Assembly (NCBI GenBank): GCA_964252075.1 | Contig: CAXULY010000003.1 | Span: forward strand, 1-64,000 | DNA: 64,000 nt | Source: an uncultured Deinococcaceae bacterium | GTDB taxonomy: Bacteria; Deinococcota; Deinococci; Deinococcales; Deinococcaceae | Direction: 5' to 3' | Part shown: piece after piece, positions 30,222 through 37,736 of the stretch | Layout: each line of letters opens with the position of its first letter | Numbering within the stretch: position 1 is the first letter of the stretch | Notes under the pieces: model-generated | The model's database searches: none | What the model was told of the DNA's origin: nothing | The model's input: the letters and a program-made list of their open reading frames with translations, nothing else | Translations under genes and position numbers: made by a program

Positions 30222-30397
30222 GCGGCGCGGCCACCGTCGCGGCCGCGCACGCCCACCTGGAGGCGGCCCGCGCGAGCGGCGCGCCCTCCGATGTGGTACG
30301 CGCGGCCCGGGAGGCCCTCATGGAGGCGTACCGCACCGCCAGCGACACGGCATGGTGCGACGGCATTCCCCGCGCAGGAGTGTCAACCCGACTGTAA
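30218..30397 (+). CDS. Small hypothetical protein (59 aa)
   Basis: GTGA overlap with the previous stop; VSGAATVAAAHAHLEAARASG... Confidence 0.45.
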   Translation: MSGAATVAAAHAHLEAARASGAPSDVVRAAREALMEAYRTASDTAWCDGIPRAGVSTRL

Positions 30398-30481
30398 ACT
30401 CGGCGCCGACCGCAGTTCCATGAGGTGGCTCTGCGGACCAGCAGTGATCGGGGGGCAGCTTGTGGCTGTCCTCCGGTTGTT

Positions 30482-30505
30482 TTCTATATAGCCCCTATGT
30501 AGAAT
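30482..30505 (+). promoter_or_regulatory. -10 box and inverted-repeat operator of the PadR gene
   Basis: TTCTATATAG-ccc-CTATGTAGAA (9/10 arm match) overlapping TAGAAT (30500-05), which lies 6 nt before ATG 30512. Confidence 0.6.
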
Positions 30506-30511
30506 TGAGCC

Positions 30512-30826
30512 ATGAAGCCACCACGGATCACCAGAAACGTTCTGAAAGTGCTTGACGTGTTCCTCGACCGCTATGACGAGCCAAAGTACGGCTTCGCTCT
30601 AGCCAAAGCCACAAGGCTCGCGACTGGTACGCTCTACCCCATCCTCGACCGGCTCGAAGAATCCGGCGTCATCCGCGGCGAATGGGAAAACATTGACCCT
30701 ATTGCCGAAGGTAGGCCAGCCCGATATAACCTTCGCCTGACGTTAGAAGGGATCAAGTTGGCGGAACGAGAGTTGCATAAAAATCAGTCGCCGGTAACCG
30801 GAGTTGCAGGGGCCCGCCATGCTTAA
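30512..30826 (+). CDS. PadR-family transcriptional regulator
   Basis: KYGFAL...LATGTLYPILDRLEESGVIRGEWE...GRPARY.LRLT.EG. Confidence 0.88.
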   Translation: MKPPRITRNVLKVLDVFLDRYDEPKYGFALAKATRLATGTLYPILDRLEESGVIRGEWENIDPIAEGRPARYNLRLTLEGIKLAERELHKNQSPVTGVAGARHA

Positions 30827-31448
30827 GGCTGTGCTGTTTTGGCTGCTCGGACAGTTCCTAATTCCTATCCTGCGAAGCGAGCTTACTGAGTTCACCGGAC
30901 CCATGGCACACAAGATCATCGATTTTGCAGCCAGGTTGACGCCTGAATACAAACGCCAGCACCTCAAGCAGTTTTGGACGACTGACATCCAGGACCGTCC
31001 AGGAAAATGGGCCAAGGTGTATTACGCCATGGGCCACCTCGTCAGCGGTATTTCCATTCGATGGACACACCCCGGCCTGTTTTTAAAAGATGCATGGCGC
31101 GCTGTAGTTATTCTTACCATCGTAGAAAGTCTTGTAGTAGCAGGCTTGCAAATTTACCTTCAGACTACAAAACATCTACATGCTTTTATTCCTTTCCTGA
31201 CTATTCAATATTACCTCAACTGCTTGCTTGGACCGTTATTTTTGATTCGTATCCTCCGCAGTACCAAAGGGTCCCTTATTTTTAAGATTGTCCTTATCTC
31301 TTTGTATGGGGGTTTCGTTCTGCTCAGCATCCCCGTGCTAATCAATGGAGCCACACTGAAGGATTTAGAGCCTACATATGTCGTTGGAGCCGGACTGCTT
31401 GCATTGATGTGCACCGGTTTCGAGGAGCTTAAGAAGCTCGCCAAATAA
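30819..31448 (+). CDS. Low-GC multi-pass membrane protein (moron)
   Basis: ATG 30819 overlaps the PadR end; 4-5 hydrophobic segments; visibly AT-richer than its flanks. Confidence 0.7.
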   Translation: MLKAVLFWLLGQFLIPILRSELTEFTGPMAHKIIDFAARLTPEYKRQHLKQFWTTDIQDRPGKWAKVYYAMGHLVSGISIRWTHPGLFLKDAWRAVVILTIVESLVVAGLQIYLQTTKHLHAFIPFLTIQYYLNCLLGPLFLIRILRSTKGSLIFKIVLISLYGGFVLLSIPVLINGATLKDLEPTYVVGAGLLALMCTGFEELKKLAK

Positions 31449-31457
31449 AAAAGGAAA

Positions 31458-31495
31458 AGCGCCCCACCCACGGCCTGAGCCGTGGGTGGGGCGCT
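31458..31495. terminator. Bidirectional terminator at the end of the late operon / PadR moron
   Basis: 17-bp stem agcgccccacccacggc-ctga-gccgtgggtggggcgct with an A-rich left flank and gtccttt right flank. Confidence 0.85.
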
Positions 31496-31509
31496 GTCCT
31501 TTAGGTTGT

Positions 31510-31851
31510 TCAGCGCGGCGAAACGTCCTGTCCCAAAATGCCGTCTGGGTTCCGCCACGTCGAGCTGACCAGCGAGGCCGGAGCGTCACCCTGCAACTCG
31601 ACGTGCGCGCCTACCGGTACATCGTGCAGGTGGCAGGCCGTGACGGCCTCACGCGTCGGGTCACATGTCACGCCGTCCGGCGGTGTGATGTGGCTGGGAC
31701 CCGTGATGGTGACCACCACCGCGCGATCCGGATGGTCATCCACGTTGGTGAAGGTCACGGTGTTGCCGCTGACGCTGAGGTGTCGGGACGCCTGGAGTGC
31801 CGTGCACGCCGATAGGGCCAGGACGAGCGCCGCGATCAGCAGGCGCTTCAC
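31510..31851 (-). CDS. Phage lipoprotein (outer-spanin-like position)
   Basis: GTG 31851 overlaps the upstream stop; VKRLLIAALVLALSAC lipobox; last gene of the lysis cassette. Confidence 0.65.
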   Translation of the reverse strand: MKRLLIAALVLALSACTALQASRHLSVSGNTVTFTNVDDHPDRAVVVTITGPSHITPPDGVTCDPTREAVTACHLHDVPVGAHVELQGDAPASLVSSTWRNPDGILGQDVSPR

Positions 31852-32078
31852 TGGCTGAACTCCTGCACCAGGACGTGCAGACTCACCTGAATCTGCGTGC
31901 GGCGCGCCTCGTCGTCCTGCAGACCGGACAGCGCGACGCGCACGGCCTCCTCCCCGAACCGCGCGAGGAAGATCGGGCTGGTGAGCACGGCCGGCGCATG
32001 CGCGAGCGCGGACACCACCCGCTCCGCGAGCGCCGCGAAGGCCTCCAGGTCCGCCGCGCTCAACTCCGCCGGATTCAC
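31848..32078 (-). CDS. Hypothetical phage protein (76 aa)
   Basis: GGAGG RBS and GTGA coupling at both ends. Confidence 0.6.
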   Translation of the reverse strand: MNPAELSAADLEAFAALAERVVSALAHAPAVLTSPIFLARFGEEAVRVALSGLQDDEARRTQIQVSLHVLVQEFSQ

Positions 32079-32617
32079 GCCGCACCTCCAGCCGGGGCCA
32101 CAGGGCCTTCAGGGGTGGTCGTGGCGACGGGCGAGGCGCTCGGCTCAGGGTCGGGCAGGATGGTCGGCGCCGGATCCGGCTGCGTCCGGAAGGCCAGCGC
32201 CGCCATGACCCCCGCCGTGATCCAGCCGAGCGCGGTCTTCAGGCCGTCACGTCCGAACACCGCCACCAGGGCGGAGAACACCGCGAAGAACGCCACCGCA
32301 AGCAGGCCACGCGCGTGGAACAGGGGCAGCTCGGCGCCCGCACCACTCAGGTTCAGGGAAACGGACGCGAGGACCGCGACGCCGGCCGCCAGGCCGCGCC
32401 ACACCCACGGGCCCACCTTCGTGGCGCCCGGGCGCTGCTCGCTGGCGCGCTTGATGCTGGCGATCGCCCCGAAGACGAACGCGCCGAGGGCGAATGGGCT
32501 CTGCCCCAGCAGGCGCAACGCCCAGAACGCCGACAGGATGTCGTCGCCTTGGTCGCTCACCGTCTGGGCGAGGGCGGGGCTGAGCAGGAACAGCACGAGG
32601 GGAAGCAATCGACGCAT
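32075..32617 (-). CDS. Phage membrane protein with signal peptide and several TMs (holin-like)
   Basis: ATG 32617 after GGAGG; MRRLLPLVLFLLSPALAQ; hydrophobic segments; Pro-rich tail. Confidence 0.6.
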   Translation of the reverse strand: MRRLLPLVLFLLSPALAQTVSDQGDDILSAFWALRLLGQSPFALGAFVFGAIASIKRASEQRPGATKVGPWVWRGLAAGVAVLASVSLNLSGAGAELPLFHARGLLAVAFFAVFSALVAVFGRDGLKTALGWITAGVMAALAFRTQPDPAPTILPDPEPSASPVATTTPEGPVAPAGGAA

Positions 32618-32682
32618 GGGAAACCTCCAGGAGAAGGCCCGCACCAGGACGGTGCGGGCAGACGGCGTGACGGGCGGCGGGT

Positions 32683-33279
32683 TTACTTGGCGGCGGCGTC
32701 CTGCCACGTCATGACAGGGACGCCGCGAAGGGGGCCAGAGCCATCGATGTGCATGGGGTCCTGGAACTTCCCAGTCCAGCGCGCGCCGCAGCACAGGCCG
32801 CACGCCTCGAAGATTTGCAGAATCCGCGGGTCAATGCTGCCCGCACCGGAACCCTGGCCGTTCGTCGAGGCGTCGAGGTCGAAGGCGATGCCCCAGCTGT
32901 GGGTGCTCCACTCCCCCACCGTGCGTTTCTGCCGCACCACCCACGCGCCGGACCACTTGTGCAGCAGCGGCGCGAGGCCCGCCAGCTGGATGTGCCGGAA
33001 GGCGATCTGCACGATCGGCGCGACCTTGCGGTGCAGGTCCACCACGTTGCGGCCGTGCGGGCCCTGCCGCATGCCGGGCAGGCCCACCGCCAGCTCGACG
33101 GAGACCATGTTCGCCTTCACCCACGCGGCGTCCGCCCCGAAGAGGGTCGGGCGGCCCTTGCGGGGGCGGAAGTCGCCGTAAGCGGCGAAGAGGCTGGCCT
33201 GCGTGTCGCCCGTGGGGCGGCCCTTCACGAAAGCGCGAACGGCGGCCTTCTCGGCCGCCGTGAAGTTCAGCTGCATCAT
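32683..33279 (-). CDS. Endolysin, M15-family Zn peptidase
   Basis: R...STHSWGIAFDLD...DPMH: the SxHxxGxAxD / H signature of M15 peptidases. Confidence 0.85.
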   Translation of the reverse strand: MMQLNFTAAEKAAVRAFVKGRPTGDTQASLFAAYGDFRPRKGRPTLFGADAAWVKANMVSVELAVGLPGMRQGPHGRNVVDLHRKVAPIVQIAFRHIQLAGLAPLLHKWSGAWVVRQKRTVGEWSTHSWGIAFDLDASTNGQGSGAGSIDPRILQIFEACGLCCGARWTGKFQDPMHIDGSGPLRGVPVMTWQDAAAK

Positions 33280-33644
33280 GATTGTTCCTCCGGATCTGGT
33301 GGCCACTCGGTCAGGGGCTCACCGTGTTTGAGTTCCAGGGCGTAGAGCTTCGCCCTGGCCTTGTCACGCTGGTACCGCATGTCGTACTTCTGATCGCGGT
33401 AGTGCTCGACCTCTTTTCGCACTTCCTCCAGCTGCGCCTTCAGGCCCGCCAGTTCCAGCTGCACGTCCGAGAGCTGCTTCTGCAGCACGGTCGCTTCGGT
33501 CTGCACCAGCTGGCGCGACGGGTCCCGCCACGCCTTGACCAGCGCGGCCAGGCCGTACAGGATGCCCAGCACCAGGCCGCCCGAGCCGGTCAGCGCGCCC
33601 GCGGCCTTCAGGATGGACGTGATGTCAAGGTCAGCCACCCGCAT
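33276..33644 (-). CDS. Single-TM coiled-coil lysis-cassette protein (holin/inner-spanin-like)
   Basis: GGAGG RBS; N-terminal TM followed by a heptad coiled coil (LQKQLSDVQLELAGLKAQLEEVRKE). Confidence 0.6.
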   Translation of the reverse strand: MRVADLDITSILKAAGALTGSGGLVLGILYGLAALVKAWRDPSRQLVQTEATVLQKQLSDVQLELAGLKAQLEEVRKEVEHYRDQKYDMRYQRDKARAKLYALELKHGEPLTEWPPDPEEQS

Positions 33645-34059
33645 CACCTCCTGGAGGCCACCAGCGCGGCGGTGAGGCGGCGAGGCGCTGGAACCAGCGG
33701 CGCTCGCGCAGCCAGTGACTGAACGTCCGCGCGAACAGCAGCAGCGACACCCAGCCGAGCACCGCATAGGTGCTGGTGCCCGTGTTTGGACCGTACCCGA
33801 GCGACACCAGCAGGCTGATCGCAAACAACGCCATTGCGGACATGAGGTTCCAGAACATCAACAGCAGCGACCCGAGCGGACTGAAGGCGAGGCCGATGGA
33901 GACGGCCAGCAGGCCCACGCCCCACGCCTCGGTGTTGCCGAACGCGATGTAGGCGCGGGAGAACTCCTGTATGTTCGGCCTCCAGAACAGCACCACGGCA
34001 AAGCCGAAGTGCACGGCGGCGATGACGAACTCGGTGGACCGGCGAGGGTTGCGCGTCAT
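33631..34059 (-). CDS. Four-TM phage membrane protein (holin candidate)
   Basis: ATG 34059 coupled (ATGA) to the upstream gene; four hydrophobic segments and a basic C-terminus. Confidence 0.6.
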   Translation of the reverse strand: MTRNPRRSTEFVIAAVHFGFAVVLFWRPNIQEFSRAYIAFGNTEAWGVGLLAVSIGLAFSPLGSLLLMFWNLMSAMALFAISLLVSLGYGPNTGTSTYAVLGWVSLLLFARTFSHWLRERRWFQRLAASPPRWWPPGGDAGG

Positions 34060-34439
34060 CGGACGGGCGCCTCCAGCCAGATCTCGCGGCCGCCCTCGCC
34101 CCGCCCCGCGAAGTACTCGATGTGGTGGGTGAAGACCCAGATTCGGAGCGTCTCGCCCGGCCGGACCGTCCACGCGCCCACCTTCGGTTCGATGACGTGA
34201 CGCCCGAGCGAGCCACGCTTGCGCACGCGCGCCTGGCCATCTGGCGGGCAGGTGGGGTCGAGCTGCACGTTGGCCTGGTACAGCTGGACGTCGGCCGGGT
34301 AGGACGGCCCCACCACGTAATCCCGCGTGACGGTGACCGGGCAGTACTGCACGGCCGGTGGTGGCGTGGTGCGCGCTGCAGGGGGCAGCGCGGGAACGGC
34401 CCCCGCCGCGAGGGCGAGGGCCAGCAGGAGTGTGTTCAT
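34056..34439 (-). CDS. Secreted hypothetical phage protein
   Basis: AGGAGG RBS; signal peptide MNTLLLALALAAGAVPA; two Cys. Confidence 0.65.
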   Translation of the reverse strand: MNTLLLALALAAGAVPALPPAARTTPPPAVQYCPVTVTRDYVVGPSYPADVQLYQANVQLDPTCPPDGQARVRKRGSLGRHVIEPKVGAWTVRPGETLRIWVFTHHIEYFAGRGEGGREIWLEAPVR

Positions 34440-34466
34440 GGTGGCCCTCCTGGGCGGGGTGGTGGG

Positions 34467-36755
34467 TCAGGCGGCGCTGCCGAACGCGCGAATCTCACCG
34501 AGGAACGCGAACTCCCCGTGGCGCGTGGCGGTCACGCGCAGGTAGCGGCACGTGGCGCCCACCGCGCCCGCCACGGCGGCCGTAATGACGGTGGCCCCGC
34601 TGGGCGTCGGGAGGTTCGCGTTGCTGCCCCAGGCGGTCCACGTGCTGCCGTCCGCGCTGATCTCCACCAGCAGGTCCGGGCTCACGATGCCGTCCGTGCC
34701 GTCTTGCAGCACCACCACCTCCACGCTGACGAGTTTGATGGTGGCCCCGAAGTCGGCGGTGATGGAGGGGTTCGCGTTCTGCCAGCCGACCCAGCCGGGG
34801 TCGCCAAACGACGTGCTGGGGATGGCACCGTTGGTCAACTCGCCGCCGCTGTCCGGGTAGCTGCTCGCCGGGGCAGGACTGAGGGTGTACGCGCGGCCCG
34901 CCAGGAGGTTCAGCGCACCGCCCGAGCCGCCTCCCGCTCCAGTGCTGGCCGGTGCGGCCAAAGGCGCGAGGGGCGGGATAGTGCGCGCTGCACCAGGTGC
35001 GACGCCCACCGGCGTGCGGTACGGGTGCTCCCAGCCGGTGGGGCGCTCGTTCGCGGTGAGGACGATCAGGGTGCCTTCCGACTCGAAGCCCCCGATGCCA
35101 GCCAGGGGCACGTTGGCGCTGCTGAGGCGCAGGTAGGTGGTCATGCCGTCGCTGCGCGCGATGGCGGTGTCCATCGCGTGCGGCGGGGTGGGCGGCGACC
35201 CGGCGAAGGCGGTGCTGTCCCAGGTGTCGTTCCCGAGGTACGTGAGGGTGTCGTGCGTGTACACGCGCACACCGTTCGTGGACGCGAACACCCAGTACTT
35301 GATGCCATTCACGCTCTTGCACTTGCACGCCTCGACCACGAACCCCGTGCTGGTGTCTTGATTCACCAAGGTCCAGCCGCCGAGCAGGTCCGCCGAGTTG
35401 GACCTGAACAGGGCCGCCTGCACGTTTCCTGGCGTCACCACGACGCCAGTGCCGAGCCACCAGTGCGTCCCGTCGAAGTCCAGGTCCAGCCACCCGTCGT
35501 AGGTGAGCGCGCCGTTCGGCAGCGGAATGGCCGTCATGCTGAGGACGTGCACGCCGTGCAGGACGTCGGCACGTGTGCGACCCACGATGTTGCGCAGCGC
35601 CACCTTCTGCGCCGGGCCGCCGTAGGTGGTCACCAGCGTAACCATCTCGCCGGTGTCGCGCATCACGACGATCTGCGTGCCTTGGTAGCCCGCCACGCCG
35701 CCCCCAAAGCGGTAGAAGTGTTTACCCACCTCCTCCAGCTGGAACGTGCTGAGGTCCAGCAGGTATATGCCGGTGTGTCCGGCGTCCGCGGCGTCGGTGG
35801 GCGTGGCGGGGAGGCCCGCGTTGACCAGCGTCACGTAGAGCCTGCCGTCCGGCGCCCGGTACGGCACACCGTCATCCCACGTCACGATGATCGGCACGCG
35901 GTAGCCGACCGGGCCGGGCGTGCCCGCGCGCCACCCGCCCAGCGTGAGGGCGGACCCAGCCGGTTGAAAGCCGCCGAGCCCGAAGCGGAATTGCGTGATG
36001 ACCGCCTCATCGAACGGGTTCCACAGGCCACCGGTGCCTGTCACGGCGAGCGGCGCCCAGCCGTCCCCCGTGTGCGCCCACACGCTGACCGACGCACCGT
36101 CCAGGCGCAGCGCGAAGCGCATCGCGCCCGTCACGGTGAGGGCACCATTCAGGACGGTCTGCGACCGCGCGGGGCCGCCGCTGTGCGCGGCGTCCAGCTT
36201 CAGCACGACCGAGTAAGAGCCTGCCGCCTTGTCCACGGACAGCTCCAGGTAGTTGTTGGCGTCAGCATACAGGCCCGCTCGCGCGATGTTGTTCTCCGTC
36301 GCCCCACTCCAGGTGCTCACCTGCACGATGACCGCCGCGTAGGGCGCGCGAAGCGTGCGGGTGCCCATCAGCCGGAACTGCGTGCCGTTGCCCGCGCCCG
36401 TCAGGACCAGCTTTCCGCCGCCCAGCGTGATGGTGCCGTTGTTGTAGTCCCCCACCGCGTCGCTGGTGGGCGTCGCGGTGAGGCGCGTGTAGAGGCCCGT
36501 GTCCGCGAGGAAGTCCTCGCCTTCCTCCACGAAGCGATCGTCCAGGAGCACCAAGTCACGGCGCTTGGCTTTGAGCGCCCAGGTGAGCGCCAGGGGGTCG
36601 GTGGGTCCGGCGGTGCGCGCGAGGGTGCTCTCCACGTACCGCGCGGAGGGGCCGCCAGGGGTGCTGGGGTTGCCGGGGTTCTGCTCGATGTCCGTGACGC
36701 GCTGATCGAGCGCCAGGAGGGCCTGTTGGGTTGCCAATTCGCTGCTCTGTCCCAT
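34467..36755 (-). CDS. Putative tail fibre / receptor-binding protein with C-terminal discoidin (F5/8)-like domain
   Basis: Last tail gene; beta-rich; C-terminus 'ITADFG...EISADGSTWT...RYLRVT...LGEIRAF'. Confidence 0.65.
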   Translation of the reverse strand: MGQSSELATQQALLALDQRVTDIEQNPGNPSTPGGPSARYVESTLARTAGPTDPLALTWALKAKRRDLVLLDDRFVEEGEDFLADTGLYTRLTATPTSDAVGDYNNGTITLGGGKLVLTGAGNGTQFRLMGTRTLRAPYAAVIVQVSTWSGATENNIARAGLYADANNYLELSVDKAAGSYSVVLKLDAAHSGGPARSQTVLNGALTVTGAMRFALRLDGASVSVWAHTGDGWAPLAVTGTGGLWNPFDEAVITQFRFGLGGFQPAGSALTLGGWRAGTPGPVGYRVPIIVTWDDGVPYRAPDGRLYVTLVNAGLPATPTDAADAGHTGIYLLDLSTFQLEEVGKHFYRFGGGVAGYQGTQIVVMRDTGEMVTLVTTYGGPAQKVALRNIVGRTRADVLHGVHVLSMTAIPLPNGALTYDGWLDLDFDGTHWWLGTGVVVTPGNVQAALFRSNSADLLGGWTLVNQDTSTGFVVEACKCKSVNGIKYWVFASTNGVRVYTHDTLTYLGNDTWDSTAFAGSPPTPPHAMDTAIARSDGMTTYLRLSSANVPLAGIGGFESEGTLIVLTANERPTGWEHPYRTPVGVAPGAARTIPPLAPLAAPASTGAGGGSGGALNLLAGRAYTLSPAPASSYPDSGGELTNGAIPSTSFGDPGWVGWQNANPSITADFGATIKLVSVEVVVLQDGTDGIVSPDLLVEISADGSTWTAWGSNANLPTPSGATVITAAVAGAVGATCRYLRVTATRHGEFAFLGEIRAFGSAA

Positions 36756-36758
36756 GTG

Positions 36759-37736
36759 TCACCTCGTGAGGATGGCCCCGCCGTTCGGGCCGCTGGTTTG
36801 CGTGAGGCCGTCGCCACTCAGGACCACACCGCCGCTGTTGCCGGGCGCCTCACTGAGCCCGCCGCCGCTGAGGACCACCCCACCGTGCTGGCCGGGCGCC
36901 TCGCCGAGCGTCCAACCGGAGCCCCCGCCGCCCGGCGGGTAGACGATCACCACCTCGGGGCTGGTGGGTTGCCGGTAACTGACCTGCAGCCCACTCGCGC
37001 CCGTGACCGTGATGCTGGTGCCGCCCGGCGCGATGCGCGGGAACAGCCCCGTGGCGAAGCCCAGCGCGCCGCCGTCCAGCACGCGCCCGTCACTGATGCT
37101 GCTGTCGATCACCAGCTGGTGCCCCGGCGTGGTCGTGAGGGTCAGGGTTCGCACCCCGTCACTGACGGTCACCGTGCCGCCCGTGGCGGTCAGCGTGATG
37201 CGCGGAAACGCCGGTTCCGTGCTGACGTTCGGGCAGACGGCCGGGCTGCCGTTCACGGTGGTCCACGCGCTGCTGAGCATCGACGGGTACAGCCCCTGAA
37301 ATTCCAGGCTGAAGCGCCGCAGGTGCCCCAGGCGGTGGTGCTTCACCGTGAACTGCTTGACCCAGCCGTCCATGATCTCGTTCGTGGTGCCGTCCAGCAG
37401 CGACACGGACGCGCGGCACGCCGCGGCGAACGCGCGGGACCACCGCAGCGCGTCCTGGTCCGTCGGGAATACCAGCAGGCCCGACGAGCTCGCACCGTCC
37501 GTGCTGTACGTGAGGCTGAGCGGCTTGCTGTTCTGCCAGCCGGTGCGCAGTCCCGCCCACGCGCCGGGAGCCTGCATGAGGGCGTCGTTGCTCTCGCTCA
37601 CCTCGTCATTCGGGGCGGTCATGTCGGGCAGCGGGAAGGCCACGCCCGACGCGGTGATGAGCTGGATGTCGCCGAGGGGCAGCCCGAACATGGTGGGACG
37701 GGTCAGCTCCTGCGGGAGGGTCATGGGTAAGGTCAT
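36759..37736 (-). CDS. Distal tail (Dit-like) protein
   Basis: ATG 37736 after GGAGG; 'N..T.PAFPRIT', 'LVIDS', 'GLFPRIAPG.TSITVTG' resemble siphovirus Dit C-termini. Confidence 0.55.
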   Translation of the reverse strand: MTLPMTLPQELTRPTMFGLPLGDIQLITASGVAFPLPDMTAPNDEVSESNDALMQAPGAWAGLRTGWQNSKPLSLTYSTDGASSSGLLVFPTDQDALRWSRAFAAACRASVSLLDGTTNEIMDGWVKQFTVKHHRLGHLRRFSLEFQGLYPSMLSSAWTTVNGSPAVCPNVSTEPAFPRITLTATGGTVTVSDGVRTLTLTTTPGHQLVIDSSISDGRVLDGGALGFATGLFPRIAPGGTSITVTGASGLQVSYRQPTSPEVVIVYPPGGGGSGWTLGEAPGQHGGVVLSGGGLSEAPGNSGGVVLSGDGLTQTSGPNGGAILTR

